The notes: a model not told the origin generated them from the letters alone. A stretch of 64,000 nucleotides of DNA from a virus (IMGVR_UViG_3300025030_000010:1-64000), one strand, 5' to 3'; counted from the first letter of the stretch, positions 18,940 to 29,612 are shown. Translations and numbers: made by a program.

Positions 18940-21762
18940 ATGATAACAGACGCTCAATACATCGAGTGGCTGAGAAAGGAGAATACACAGAGGGCGTTGC
19001 TGATCGAGGCCAAATACTTCGATTCAGCAACGCCCGAAGGTGTTAATCCGGAACTCACCTTCGACAGAAACAGTACCGCTTACAAGATCGACGGCTCTAT
19101 CGTTGTCGCTGGTGCGCCTCGCTATGAGAATGGAAAATTCAACGAGTGTGTCTTTCTTGAAGAGACGACCGTAAACAAGATAATCACCCCGAACAATTGG
19201 AACTTAGTAGGTGGGGCAACAAAAGTAACTGACCAACTGGCCCCCAATGGATTACTTGAAGCTACCCATGTGACCAATACAGCAAACGTGTCTTCTTACG
19301 TGGACACTCCGAGTGGTGTATTTGCTAATTCAGGCACATTCACTCGGAGCGTTTATGCCAAGTTGATATCTGGCACTGGCACACTCACGCTTATCTATAA
19401 CACTGGCGCTGGTTCAGACTATGCCACGTTTGATCTTTCGACAGGTGTAGTCACTCATGCACCCGCTATCGGTACGCCTAGCTCTTCGATGGTTCATGTT
19501 GGAGATGGATGGTACAGGTGCATGGTTACGTGGACCAATGCCGCTTCCGGCGCAACGCCTGCCTCAGCAACTTACATATCTGGTTACGGAGCAACTCCTA
19601 TCGTATCCACTATCGCTTTGTGGAGACCGCAGACAGAGCAAAAGAATTTTGCGAGCACGTATCACCCGACAACTCGCAACTTAGAAACGATGCTCTTGCC
19701 CTCAGCGAATATCAACACGGCAGAGGGGTCGATGGAGATGTGGGTAAAGGCTCCTACGATAACAGCAACAAGTTTTAGATATCTCGTCCACAGAGATTTG
19801 TTAGGTTTGAACGATAGCCTCACCTTCGGAGTGTATACTGTAAACTCCGTATCCAACTGGTTTATATGGTCTGGCTACGGTGCGGGTTTCAACTCAAGTT
19901 ATTTGGTGGCTCTTACTTCAAGTGAGTGGACTCACATTGCTGTGACTTGGAAAGATAAGACTCGCATGTATATCAACGGCGTTCTGAAATGGACGAGTGC
20001 AAATGCACCCGCGTTACAGTTTCCGACAAACATTCCGATAGGACTCAATCTCAACGCATACATCGACAACTTTAGAGTTTCGAATGTTATGAGAACACCC
20101 GCGGAGATTTATCAAGCGGCTCAGGGTGGAGCTGCAATGAAATGGGATAGCGACACTATCGCGCTGTTTGATTTCGATGTGGCTCAAGAGAGAACGAAAT
20201 ATCTTTCGACTGTGCCTTATTCGTCAAACCCGACAGATTCTCCTGCGAATCAACCCTACGACGATTGTGTAGTAGGTAGACCCGCTGTTTCTTGCGCTTT
20301 GTCAGACACGCTCGAAGGATTTACAATGCCGAGTTGGGGTGATGTTCTACTGGACAACTCTCTGTTTGACAAAGATTCTTGGTTAGATTATGGATGGTCT
20401 GGAAGAACTATCAAGTTTCTTTTCGGCGACCCGTCTTGGCCTTTGTCTGACTTTCGATCAATCATGACAGGTACAATTTCAGGAGCGCCTACTGCACCTT
20501 CATCGAATCAGATCAAGATTGCAGTTAAAGACAAGCAGTGGGAGCTAAACAAGCCCGTTCAGAATCGACTCGTAGGCGAACCTACGCTACTTGCTGGAAA
20601 TACATATAAGATAGGAGAGTCACCGGAAGATATAGTGAGTGTCGATGCTGTATGGGATGGAGACGTACTACTCAATCCAGCTACAGATTACAGTGTCAAT
20701 CTTCTCACGACTCCGCCTGTTGTGGCTCTCGAATCACCTGCCGTCGGATTCGTTTCAATAGAATTCACGAGCAAAGTGGCAGCCACGGGACAAGTAATTT
20801 GTCTCGGATACGGGGAGTGCTTCAATGTAACACCTAACGTTCTGTCTGTTCCGCTTTTGAAGTATCAAGTTCACGGCGGTCCGATTAAAGCGATAGTTGA
20901 AGTGAGAGACAGCGGAGTTCCTATTGCGCATGTGGATGATCTTGAGAACGGAACTTTCGAACTGCTCTCAAAGCCGACTGGAACTGTAACATGCGATTTC
21001 TTAGGCGCAACTTCAGATGGTGTGTTCATCGAGGGTGTGGCAAGAATCTTCAGATACATCGTGCTGAATCAGACTGACTTGACGATAGACGATATCGATC
21101 ACGACAGTCTTTCTAGGTTTCTCGCTCTCTGTCCTCAGCGAGTCGGAATTTTCATCAATGCTCGCAAGAATACTCTGGATGTTCTTGACGAGCTTATGAA
21201 GTCTCTCGGCGGCTTCTACACTCCGGACAGAAACGGCAAACTTATCTTCGGGAGAATCGATCCTCCTGAGACACAGACGCCAGCGTTCGATCTTACAGCC
21301 GACGATATCGTGTTCGGGACTCTGAAGATAGTCAAGCAGTCTGTGCCTGTGCAAACCGTAAGAGTTGCCTATCTGCACAACTACACGCCGCAAGCTCAGA
21401 CTCACGGAGCTGTATCGGACGAAGACAAAGCAATATACGCTCAAGAGTGGCGATACGCAAAGCGAAGTAATCCGAATGTAAAGATTGTGCATTTGCTCGC
21501 AGCGGAGCCAGACGCACGAAAGACGAATCTGATCGATAGAGTCGAGGCTTACGCTGAAGCTGATCGTCAACTCGCTCTGAACGGAGTTGTCAGAACCACT
21601 TACTCTGCCGAATTCTTTACGTTGCCCTTGAGCTTAACAATGGGCACGTTAGTTCGACTTACACATCCGAGATACAAACTATATCGGGGAAAGAATCTTT
21701 ACATCGTAGGAATCAAAGAATCAGCAGCTAATCGCCGCGTGACGCTCACGCTCTGGGGATAG
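18940..21762 (+). CDS. Tail tip/hub protein with inserted lectin-like (LamG/ConA) module
   Basis: Follows tape measure; EGSMEMWVK, WTHIAVTW, MYINGV, IDNFRVS LamG signature; YGECFNVTP hub motif. Confidence 0.7.
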   Translation: MITDAQYIEWLRKENTQRALLIEAKYFDSATPEGVNPELTFDRNSTAYKIDGSIVVAGAPRYENGKFNECVFLEETTVNKIITPNNWNLVGGATKVTDQLAPNGLLEATHVTNTANVSSYVDTPSGVFANSGTFTRSVYAKLISGTGTLTLIYNTGAGSDYATFDLSTGVVTHAPAIGTPSSSMVHVGDGWYRCMVTWTNAASGATPASATYISGYGATPIVSTIALWRPQTEQKNFASTYHPTTRNLETMLLPSANINTAEGSMEMWVKAPTITATSFRYLVHRDLLGLNDSLTFGVYTVNSVSNWFIWSGYGAGFNSSYLVALTSSEWTHIAVTWKDKTRMYINGVLKWTSANAPALQFPTNIPIGLNLNAYIDNFRVSNVMRTPAEIYQAAQGGAAMKWDSDTIALFDFDVAQERTKYLSTVPYSSNPTDSPANQPYDDCVVGRPAVSCALSDTLEGFTMPSWGDVLLDNSLFDKDSWLDYGWSGRTIKFLFGDPSWPLSDFRSIMTGTISGAPTAPSSNQIKIAVKDKQWELNKPVQNRLVGEPTLLAGNTYKIGESPEDIVSVDAVWDGDVLLNPATDYSVNLLTTPPVVALESPAVGFVSIEFTSKVAATGQVICLGYGECFNVTPNVLSVPLLKYQVHGGPIKAIVEVRDSGVPIAHVDDLENGTFELLSKPTGTVTCDFLGATSDGVFIEGVARIFRYIVLNQTDLTIDDIDHDSLSRFLALCPQRVGIFINARKNTLDVLDELMKSLGGFYTPDRNGKLIFGRIDPPETQTPAFDLTADDIVFGTLKIVKQSVPVQTVRVAYLHNYTPQAQTHGAVSDEDKAIYAQEWRYAKRSNPNVKIVHLLAAEPDARKTNLIDRVEAYAEADRQLALNGVVRTTYSAEFFTLPLSLTMGTLVRLTHPRYKLYRGKNLYIVGIKESAANRRVTLTLWG

Positions 21763-21767
21763 TCATT

Positions 21768-22625
21768 ATGCCGAACATGCGAATCATGCACATCAACGCA
21801 CTGGATGCCGCTTTAAATCTGACTTCAGTGCCCGCTTGCGTAACTACTATGCCCATAGAGAATTTGAAGTATCCTGAGCGAGGTAAAGCGGCTCGTGTTG
21901 TCGGGGTCACTTCATGGACGATAACTGGCGAGGTCCTCGGGACATTGTCAGGCATGACTCTCGTGGGACACAATCTCACAGGCGGAGCAACGGTTCGTCT
22001 GTATCTCTATTCGAACGCAGCGGGCACAGTTCAGATTTACGACTCAACTGCACTTGCAATAGGCACGAGACAAGCGTGGGGTAATCCGGCGGGTTCTCCT
22101 AACGGTGGTTTAGCTTGGGGTGTTCTACCGTGGATGTCAACTGGGCAAATCCCAGGCACCCCAGAATACTTCTCCCACTGGTTCACTGCTATTGCAAATG
22201 CGGCGGCGTTCAAGATCGTCATTACTGACACTAACAATGCCGACGGTTACTTGCAGATCGGCAGAATTTATCTCGGAAACTACTGGTCTCCGAGATTGAA
22301 CGTTGGCAACGGTTTGTCGATGGAGTGGAGAGAATCATCCACAACAACAAGAACCGACGGTGGCAGTCTTCGCACTGAGGGTTACATGCCGTATCGTGCT
22401 TTCAGCTTCAGCTTAGACGGCATGATCGAATCGGACAGAGCTGAGTTTTCTGAGATAGTCAGAAGAGTAGGCAAACGAGTTGACTTTCTGATCAGCTTTT
22501 ATCCGACATTGGGTGGCAATGCAGAGCGTGACTATCTCGCGGCAGTGAAATTTGTATCTCTGCCTAATATGAAAAGTCCTATTTATTCTTGGACTGAGAC
22601 TTCAGCAGAAATAGAGGAGATATAA
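21768..22625 (+). CDS. Distal tail / tail tip protein
   Basis: GHNLT, DTNNADGYLQIGRIYLG, RTDGGSL motifs; tail module position. Confidence 0.65.
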   Translation: MPNMRIMHINALDAALNLTSVPACVTTMPIENLKYPERGKAARVVGVTSWTITGEVLGTLSGMTLVGHNLTGGATVRLYLYSNAAGTVQIYDSTALAIGTRQAWGNPAGSPNGGLAWGVLPWMSTGQIPGTPEYFSHWFTAIANAAAFKIVITDTNNADGYLQIGRIYLGNYWSPRLNVGNGLSMEWRESSTTTRTDGGSLRTEGYMPYRAFSFSLDGMIESDRAEFSEIVRRVGKRVDFLISFYPTLGGNAERDYLAAVKFVSLPNMKSPIYSWTETSAEIEEI

Positions 22626-22626
22626 A

Positions 22627-23010
22627 ATGCCCGTGTCAGATTTCACATCAAGCAAACTAACAACAGACGATCCGAATTATGCCACCAAGATCAACGCTTT
22701 CATGGACTTGGTGGCTTCGGCTATCAATCTGAAATTAGACATTTCGGCTTTCACGGGCAAAACCGTAGTGCCGAAAACAGCTAACTTCACTGTCGCTGCT
22801 TCAGACTACACTATCGAGATGGACGCATCGATTGCCAGCGTAACGGCGACGTTGCCTTCTGCTGCTGCTAATACGGGTCGTCTTTTAGTTTTTGTTCGAA
22901 AGGACGCAAGTCTCTTTCGTGCCATTATCGATACTGTCTATGAGTTATATATTCAGAATGAATCCGTGACTCTTCAATCAAATGGAACGATATGGAAAAA
23001 GGTGGGTTAA
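22627..23010 (+). CDS. Small tail fibre-associated protein
   Basis: KTANFTV, TLPSAAANTGR, LQSNGTIW motifs seen in fibre adaptor modules. Confidence 0.55.
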   Translation: MPVSDFTSSKLTTDDPNYATKINAFMDLVASAINLKLDISAFTGKTVVPKTANFTVAASDYTIEMDASIASVTATLPSAAANTGRLLVFVRKDASLFRAIIDTVYELYIQNESVTLQSNGTIWKKVG

Positions 23011-23011
23011 A

Positions 23012-25189
23012 ATGGCCAGCTCAAATACAAGAGTTCTAGTGACGAACAAAGAAGGACTCGGGGTATACATGATACTTCGTTTCTTTGATGATCGTCTCAC
23101 TCTGACAGAAGAAGCGACAGGCAATGTAATCACGATAGCTCTCACTTCTTCTCTGGCAGGTGACAATAACGGCGATCAGGACGCATCGACAGTTCCACTT
23201 GGACCAACTTGGGGACTGAACGCAGACAATCTACAAGATGCCGCTCTGGAGCTTTCTGGCTCAGTGGGTGCAATATCGCTTTGTTCGTATATACTTCGAA
23301 CGGCAGACCCGATGATGCCAAACGCAACGGTGTTGTCCGATTTGCCAACTGGAATTCTCAGAAACACGGAGATTACAGGCGAACCTGTAATCGCAGGTCC
23401 TGAAGACTTCCCCACTTTGAATCAAGACACGAATGGTAATGCCGCCACCGCGACTGCATTGGAGACCGCTCGAAACATTCATGGACAGTCTTTCAACGGC
23501 ACAGTGGACATAACTATACCTAACGCGACTGCTGCTGCTAGTGGGGTAATGTCCCCCGCAGATAAATCCAAGCTTGACGGCATAGCGTCGGGTGCAATAG
23601 CTTACGTTCACCCTGCTACTCACCCGCCGTCTATTATAGCTCAGGACGCATCTAATCGTTTCGTCACAGATGTAGAAATTGTGTATTGGGATGCCAAAGA
23701 ACCTGCGATAAACTTAGGAACCTCTACGCAATACTATCGTGGGGACAAGACGTGGCAGACTTTACCCACTGCCTCAGGTACAGCCACAGACATTAAAATG
23801 AACGGGGTTCAGTCTGCGGGTGTTCTGACCACGCTCGCTAAGGCAGATCACATACATCCCGTTGATACAAGCAGAGCTGCCGCAGCTCACAATCAAGCCG
23901 CTGAAACCATCACAAGTGGATATCTCCCTATTGCCAGATTGAGTCCTTCGTTTGTATATGCGGCACACACCACCGTACCGGCAAACGGGGTACTTCGCGC
24001 CAATTTAGGGTCACCCACGGTTGCTGAAATGGCCATGTTTTCTTCCGAGGTAACAAACAAGACCCAGTTTCTTGCCGCTGCCAATCTTGTCGCTGAGTAT
24101 TACAATGGCACTATCTGGCAGGACCTAGGTTTAAATGACACACAGAAAAAGAAGTTAGTTAGCGGTAGACCCACACTCGGCAACTTCATTATACCAGGTA
24201 CCCACCAGAAGGTCAGATTCACTGTGCAAGCGCCAAGTTATATGTATCTGAACTATCTGTATATGTATCTGTCCACAAATGGAAACACTTGCAGTTGGAC
24301 TATAGAAAAGAGCTTCGACGGTACAACTTGGGATAATGTCGTTGCTGATAGCGGGCAAGCGTCATCATGGCCTGGGCATATGTTTTTATCTCATGCCACT
24401 ATTGCGTGGAATAACACACCGACCATAAACGTACATTGGAAGTACGCAAGAGTCACAATCAACATCGTCTGGAATTTCCCCGCAAACGGATTCTATATCT
24501 ACAATCTGGATTGGTGGGGCGGCTACCCAGCGGTTAAGCGAGAGATGTTTGATTGGGACGAGGACGCAAACATCATCATTCCTCGTCAGTTGAAAAGCAA
24601 CTTAGCCACGGGCACTGCACCTTTTGTGGTAGCATCAACAACCAAAGTCGATAACTTAAACGCAGATTTAGTGGACGGGTTTCAGGCGTCTCAGACTCCG
24701 GGACCTAACAACATTCCGGTACTCTCCTCGGCGTCTGTTTTAGTTCTTCCGGCAGGGGTTCAATTTCCGGCTACTGCGGTGTCTAGTGCAAATGCGAATA
24801 CTCTCGATGACTACGCGGAACTTTCGTTTGTTCCTGTAATCTCGGGAACTACAGTAGCTGGTACAAACACCTACGATCGTCAAGCGGGATTAATTACCAA
24901 GATAGGCAGACAAGTTACTCTTAGTTTGTACATTAGACTACTGACTAAAGATGCAGCGATGGCAGGCAACATTCAGATAGGAGGTCTACCGCATATCTCA
25001 AACGGAACAGTGGGTGCGTTCTGCTCGGTTGTACCTATCGGAATAACACCTCAAGCGTCTTTGTTGGGGAGCCTGGGGACTAGCTCGAATCTAATTCAAA
25101 TTGTCAACTCGGTTACTAATGTCGCTGCACCTGTGTCAGCGATAGCAGTCGGCTCTGGATTTCAACTAACGCTTACTTACTTTGTGTAA
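23012..25189 (+). CDS. Tail fibre protein
   Basis: Fibre repeats LNQDTNGNAATAT, GVMSPADKSKLDGI, HPATHP, ADHIHP, NLNADLVDG; C-terminal gp53-like module (ITKIGRQV, GLP). Confidence 0.85.
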   Translation: MASSNTRVLVTNKEGLGVYMILRFFDDRLTLTEEATGNVITIALTSSLAGDNNGDQDASTVPLGPTWGLNADNLQDAALELSGSVGAISLCSYILRTADPMMPNATVLSDLPTGILRNTEITGEPVIAGPEDFPTLNQDTNGNAATATALETARNIHGQSFNGTVDITIPNATAAASGVMSPADKSKLDGIASGAIAYVHPATHPPSIIAQDASNRFVTDVEIVYWDAKEPAINLGTSTQYYRGDKTWQTLPTASGTATDIKMNGVQSAGVLTTLAKADHIHPVDTSRAAAAHNQAAETITSGYLPIARLSPSFVYAAHTTVPANGVLRANLGSPTVAEMAMFSSEVTNKTQFLAAANLVAEYYNGTIWQDLGLNDTQKKKLVSGRPTLGNFIIPGTHQKVRFTVQAPSYMYLNYLYMYLSTNGNTCSWTIEKSFDGTTWDNVVADSGQASSWPGHMFLSHATIAWNNTPTINVHWKYARVTINIVWNFPANGFYIYNLDWWGGYPAVKREMFDWDEDANIIIPRQLKSNLATGTAPFVVASTTKVDNLNADLVDGFQASQTPGPNNIPVLSSASVLVLPAGVQFPATAVSSANANTLDDYAELSFVPVISGTTVAGTNTYDRQAGLITKIGRQVTLSLYIRLLTKDAAMAGNIQIGGLPHISNGTVGAFCSVVPIGITPQASLLGSLGTSSNLIQIVNSVTNVAAPVSAIAVGSGFQLTLTYFV

Positions 25190-25203
25190 AAGGGGATTTA
25201 ACA

Positions 25204-27336
25204 ATGGGAGTATTTGTACTTAGCACTAACGGGATGTATGTTCAACCTACCGAGTTGACCTTGGCATCCGCAGCATCCAATGCGGCTTACTCGGGAAAAA
25301 CGATCATGTTTAATACCGACCAGACGTTGAGTGCGAATCTCAACTGGCCGACCGATCGTAGATTTATCCCTCAGAATAATGCTAAAATCATTCACGGGGC
25401 TTACACGATCCATTACCCCGCTGAGGTGTCTGAATGGCCCAATCGTCTACTCTTCGAGGGAACTGGAGCGATCACGGGGCTTGTTGTATCTGCACCAGAG
25501 TGGTTCGACTCTGGCGATAGTTACTTGGCGTTCTTTCGTGCCGCAAAGTCATCCAAGAACGTGATTCTTCAACCGAAGAGTTACATCTGGAAATTCTCAA
25601 CAGCGGCAATAGCTCTCTCTAAGATGGGTCAAATCTGCATATCAGGCGTGTCGAATTTGACCACTATACAAGCCGACTGGACAGGAACTACAAATATCTC
25701 AGGAGAGAGAAACTTCGCATTTCTCTCGGACGATAATGTCGCTATCAGCAATGTCACTTTCGATGGAAATAAAGCACAGCTTCAGGGGTTATTCTCACTA
25801 GAGGACAACCTGCTCTGGAACTTTTCTTGGTTTTCTCATGACGACACCATAAAGATCAAAAAATCCGATCTTCTGCTGTCGAATGTAACTTTCAAGAATA
25901 TGCCTGGCTCATATACTCGCAAAGCGTCAATGACGGGGTTATTGGAGTGCTTTGATATGAATGTTGGGGTGTGGGATAGAGTTACGCTTGAGAACATCAA
26001 GAGAGTTAACTGCGACACCACGTTTCATCTCGCGGGTAGAATTCACGCAGGCATTGACGATGAAGCGAACTGGACAACTAACGTCTCTGTGAGAAACTTC
26101 AGAGTCTATCAAGATAAAACTCCGCACACAGGGCAGTTGCAGGGCTTTGGAACATACGGAGTGAAGCGAATCACTATCGACGGGTTATACGTCGAGAAGG
26201 CTAGACAGCACGGGCTCAACTTCGAGTGGACTGAGGACGCTGTTGCTAACGGAGTTGTAGTCAAGGATTGCGTTCTCGCCGGAATAGGCGGTTACGGTCA
26301 CAACAAGAATGTAATCGTGAACGAGCCGATGATTATCAACTGCGGGACTGCTCACGCTCTTACCACACCAGCTTCAATCTTCACCCCTCAATCGGTAGTT
26401 GTCGATGTCGCTCCGATTAGATTTGTATCCGGGTCGTGGTATACGGGAGGGATAAACGGGTCGCCAACTGATGTTAGAATCGTTAGACCCAAAATAGTAA
26501 TGCCAGCAACAGCGTCGATGATAGTCGGCACAATCTCGACTCCGACTCTCACAGGTGCTCTCGATCAATCCTCAGCTCAGACGATAGTGGAAATAGGCAT
26601 TGAGGATATAGACATGGCGAAGAGATTCAATCTCACAGACGGCAGATCGTGCGGGAACGCAGTCGTTGTGTCTAACGCTTCTTACATACCTCAAACTATA
26701 GACCGTCTGTCTCGAAGCGGCAGTGCCACTGCTACACCGAGCGCGAATAGAGATTACTTCACTCTCAGCGCATCGACACAATACACGGGGATTTTTGTCA
26801 ATCTGCCGGCAGGAGCTTACGCATTTAGTCTGAGACTAAAGTATGTCGATTCTGATTGGAATGTTACCGCGTCTAAATTGGACGGATCGAACGCTGTGTT
26901 TGCGAAAAAGATTACGAGCGCGACCCCTTCTGGGTATGTGATTGTTGGAGGTGTATTTGAATCTCTGACTGACACGCAACTCAAGGTGATTCGAGATTCC
27001 ACGGGTGCGGGCTCACTTCTAATTAAAGACCTTGTTATAGCGCCTCTGAGAAGTTTATCTGTCGAAGTTCCGTCATGGTTTGACGAGGGTATCGGAGCGA
27101 CAATCGTAGCTGCGACTACGATAAGCCCCACGAGTTTAATCTTCAAGACATCGGGTGTGACTCCGATTGCAACGATTAACTTGCCTAAATCGAACTTCAT
27201 CGGCTCGATCACGATTCTTCCGACAGCGGCATTCACAACCACTACCGCCGGGAATATCGCTCTTGCATCAACTGCGATTGTGAATAAAGCATTGACAATG
27301 ACGTATGACGGCTTCAAATGGTGGCCTAGCTACTAA
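25204..27336 (+). CDS. Tail spike / receptor-binding protein with probable parallel beta-helix (depolymerase-like)
   Basis: ISNVTFDGNK, ITIDGLYV, VANGVVVKDC beta-helix-like repeats; last large tail gene. Confidence 0.7.
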   Translation: MGVFVLSTNGMYVQPTELTLASAASNAAYSGKTIMFNTDQTLSANLNWPTDRRFIPQNNAKIIHGAYTIHYPAEVSEWPNRLLFEGTGAITGLVVSAPEWFDSGDSYLAFFRAAKSSKNVILQPKSYIWKFSTAAIALSKMGQICISGVSNLTTIQADWTGTTNISGERNFAFLSDDNVAISNVTFDGNKAQLQGLFSLEDNLLWNFSWFSHDDTIKIKKSDLLLSNVTFKNMPGSYTRKASMTGLLECFDMNVGVWDRVTLENIKRVNCDTTFHLAGRIHAGIDDEANWTTNVSVRNFRVYQDKTPHTGQLQGFGTYGVKRITIDGLYVEKARQHGLNFEWTEDAVANGVVVKDCVLAGIGGYGHNKNVIVNEPMIINCGTAHALTTPASIFTPQSVVVDVAPIRFVSGSWYTGGINGSPTDVRIVRPKIVMPATASMIVGTISTPTLTGALDQSSAQTIVEIGIEDIDMAKRFNLTDGRSCGNAVVVSNASYIPQTIDRLSRSGSATATPSANRDYFTLSASTQYTGIFVNLPAGAYAFSLRLKYVDSDWNVTASKLDGSNAVFAKKITSATPSGYVIVGGVFESLTDTQLKVIRDSTGAGSLLIKDLVIAPLRSLSVEVPSWFDEGIGATIVAATTISPTSLIFKTSGVTPIATINLPKSNFIGSITILPTAAFTTTTAGNIALASTAIVNKALTMTYDGFKWWPSY

Positions 27337-27363
27337 TCTCACGATAGAGGAGGACTGTAGATC

Positions 27364-27579
27364 ATGGTAAACAATATCACAGTGGCAACTTCTGGCTGTT
27401 GTGCGATGTGTGGATTTATCACAAACAACAAGGTGATTTGGATTTCAGGGTTAATTGTAGTTCTAATTACCTGGATTTATTCACTCGTGAACATCATCGT
27501 TAATTGCCGTCGGCGCAACAAGACACTCAAACGACTACACGAAAGGAGACTTAGACGTGAGCATACCAAGCCCGCCTGA
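27364..27579 (+). CDS. Small membrane protein (possible lysis accessory)
   Basis: GAGGAGG RBS; hydrophobic VIWISGLIVVLITWIYSLV followed by a basic tail. Confidence 0.5.
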   Translation: MVNNITVATSGCCAMCGFITNNKVIWISGLIVVLITWIYSLVNIIVNCRRRNKTLKRLHERRLRREHTKPA

Positions 27580-27886
27580 TCCAGTGACATGGGACCAACT
27601 TGAACGAATCTCCAAGATAATTGGTCCACTGATTGCTGTTATCATGGGTTTGATTATTGCAGCATGGAGATCGATGGACAAGAACAACGAGAAGACGACC
27701 GAAGCTTTGAATGCCCATGTTGCGGATGACGATGATGTTCACGACAGACTCTTTACCGATCTGCGAGCAACAGACAGCAAACTCGATCATCTTCTGGGTG
27801 AACACGACAGTCGAAAAGCCTCGTCTGCTGCGTGCGAGACTCGCGCTAATCATCCGAATCCAGATAGCACGAGGCTTCCGCCCTAG
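27557..27886 (+). CDS. Single-TM coiled-coil protein (holin/antiholin-like)
   Basis: AGGAG RBS; IIGPLIAVIMGLIIAAW followed by DSKLDHLL coiled coil. Confidence 0.5.
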   Translation: MSIPSPPDPVTWDQLERISKIIGPLIAVIMGLIIAAWRSMDKNNEKTTEALNAHVADDDDVHDRLFTDLRATDSKLDHLLGEHDSRKASSAACETRANHPNPDSTRLPP

Positions 27887-27927
27887 ACGCAAGAAGCAGT
27901 CAAAGACGTGAAAGTAGTCGAGTAGAC

Positions 27928-27963
27928 AAAAAGAAAGCTCTCCAGACGCATTGGAGAGCTTTC
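27928..27963 (-). terminator. Terminator at the convergence of the two genome arms
   Basis: GAAAGCTCTCCA / TGGAGAGCTTTC 12-bp stem; U-tract on the - strand. Confidence 0.75.
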
Positions 27964-27994
27964 CTCGTTCTATTGTATGCTGTTGTAGTTCTGC

Positions 27995-28249
27995 TTAGTG
28001 CATTGTAGCGCTTCCCTTTTCGACATCCGCTTGCATAAGCTCGATTGCTTCTGCGACCTTCATGACCTTGACGAGTATTCCGTCGGGTCTGCCGATTACA
28101 GTGATGCAGGTATCTGGGTCCATGTTTTTGATGTCTTCCTCGGTGATCATCATTTCGGTTTTGCCCTCTTTGATCATCATGAGAGCTGCGATCTTGTGCC
28201 ACTGACCGTTCGTTGCTTTTGTCACGGGATGCTCGGGATTGAGTTCCAT
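27995..28249 (-). CDS. Hypothetical protein
   Basis: AGGAGA RBS; last gene of the - arm. Confidence 0.6.
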   Translation of the reverse strand: MELNPEHPVTKATNGQWHKIAALMMIKEGKTEMMITEEDIKNMDPDTCITVIGRPDGILVKVMKVAEAIELMQADVEKGSATMH

Positions 28250-28261
28250 TGTCTTCTCCTG

Positions 28262-28639
28262 TTATTTGCAGATGTCTCGAATGAATTTGACTGCCATTGC
28301 CGCTACCTGAATCGCCTCCTTTCTCATTGCTTTCGGACGTTGTAACGCGGGGTGCCTCTCGATTTCTCTTTCAAGCTCTGTCAACTCACAGAGAATCGTC
28401 TTGTGCCCGACTCTCGCTTCAACCATCGGGTCCGCTTTGTACTTCGCATCGGCTTTCATGAGTTCGGCGTGAATCTCTACGATGATCAGAGCCAATCTCG
28501 TTGGCAATAAGATTTCACCGATGGATGTTCGTAAAGCGACATCGTGCTCAATCGTCTGTTTTACTTTCCGATGAAGAAGCAGCAAGAGAACAAGAGAAGC
28601 TACATTGAAAGAAAACATGATGTTATTTAACAGTGACAC
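28262..28639 (-). CDS. MazG-like all-alpha NTP pyrophosphohydrolase domain protein
   Basis: ELTELERE...MRKEAIQVAAMAVKF helical motif; N-terminal hydrophobic segment. Confidence 0.45.
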   Translation of the reverse strand: MSLLNNIMFSFNVASLVLLLLLHRKVKQTIEHDVALRTSIGEILLPTRLALIIVEIHAELMKADAKYKADPMVEARVGHKTILCELTELEREIERHPALQRPKAMRKEAIQVAAMAVKFIRDICK

Positions 28640-29243
28640 TCGATACTCCTTTTTTCTTAGATTTTCCCTTCTTAGTTACGTGAAAGACTCTGTCGGCAAA
28701 TTCAATCTGTTCAACTTGGTGAGATATCATGATGATTTGAATGCCGAGACGTTCGCTAATCTCTCTGATCATTCGAGCGCCTTTCTCTGGCAGATCATCG
28801 CCCTTTAGAAACTTCAGCGGTTCATCGAGAACTAGAACAGGTCGGGTTCGATGCGCTTTGAGTGACCATAACGCAACACGAAGAGCAAAGCAAGCGACAT
28901 CGACAGCGCCGCCTCCTGAAGCGGTAAGCGGGTCTACACGCTCTCCGTCTCTCACGAACCACAAGTCACACTCTGTCTGACTTCTTCGCTGTTCAAAGCT
29001 AACCTCGAACTCATACGGATCATCGAAGACAGCAGCAAGCGCAAGCGTCACGAGTTCAGAGACGTGATACTTCAGCTCTTCTTGCGTAAGCTGCGCCACC
29101 TTTTGAATAACTGCTTGTGCCTGTTCGCAGTGCTTTTGCTCTGTCACTAGAGCCATGTGCTTTTCGTGAAGCGCGTCTAGCTGATCTTCGATCTGCTCAA
29201 GCTTGCCTTTGTGCTGCTCAAGTATCTTCGCGAAGTCTTTCAT
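28623..29243 (-). CDS. SbcC/Rad50-like ATPase, C-terminal half
   Basis: Signature-like ASGGG, FALRVAL, Walker B/D-loop LVLDEP, H-loop MISH; no Walker A. Confidence 0.85.
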   Translation of the reverse strand: MKDFAKILEQHKGKLEQIEDQLDALHEKHMALVTEQKHCEQAQAVIQKVAQLTQEELKYHVSELVTLALAAVFDDPYEFEVSFEQRRSQTECDLWFVRDGERVDPLTASGGGAVDVACFALRVALWSLKAHRTRPVLVLDEPLKFLKGDDLPEKGARMIREISERLGIQIIMISHQVEQIEFADRVFHVTKKGKSKKKGVSSVTVK

Positions 29244-29380
29244 CGTTCCGACCAGTCGGCGTATGCCATTTTGACAACTTCATCGTAAGTCGAAGTCGGA
29301 TATTTTCTCTCGTATTTTCTGCGCTTGCCGTCGAACCATTTCCAGAACGATGTCGGCAGAGTGAGCTTAGAGTTCTCCAT
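29240..29380 (-). CDS. Small hypothetical protein (46 aa, not in ORF track)
   Basis: MENSKLTLPTSFWKWFDGKRRKYERKYPTSTYDEVVKMAYADWSER; GAGG RBS; ATGA overlap with the next gene. Confidence 0.5.
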   Translation of the reverse strand: MENSKLTLPTSFWKWFDGKRRKYERKYPTSTYDEVVKMAYADWSER

Positions 29381-29612
29381 ACTTTTCCTCCAACTCAGCC
29401 TCGATATCGTCTATCTTCTCGTCAAGCTTCTCGTCCTGACTCTTGAGTTGCGACAGCTTTCTTTTCGCTTTTTCGAGAGTAGACACACCGAAGTCCTCTT
29501 GCAGTCGCTTCATGTTCTGCTTCAGCGCTCCCTCGACTTGCGCTTTCTCCAAAGAGGCTTCCGATATTTCGTCCTTCAACTTTAGAAACTTCTTCGCTGA
29601 ATCCTGGGACAT
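29367..29612 (-). CDS. Small coiled-coil protein
   Basis: AGGAGA RBS; heptad-rich. Confidence 0.6.
   Translation of the reverse strand: MSQDSAKKFLKLKDEISEASLEKAQVEGALKQNMKRLQEDFGVSTLEKAKRKLSQLKSQDEKLDEKIDDIEAELEEKYGEL

Noticed and set aside
23012-27336. Invertible tail-fibre cassette or diversity-generating retroelement driven by the serine recombinase
   Set aside because: No opposite-strand fibre fragments, no inverted crossover sites noticed, and no reverse transcriptase or template/variable repeat pair.
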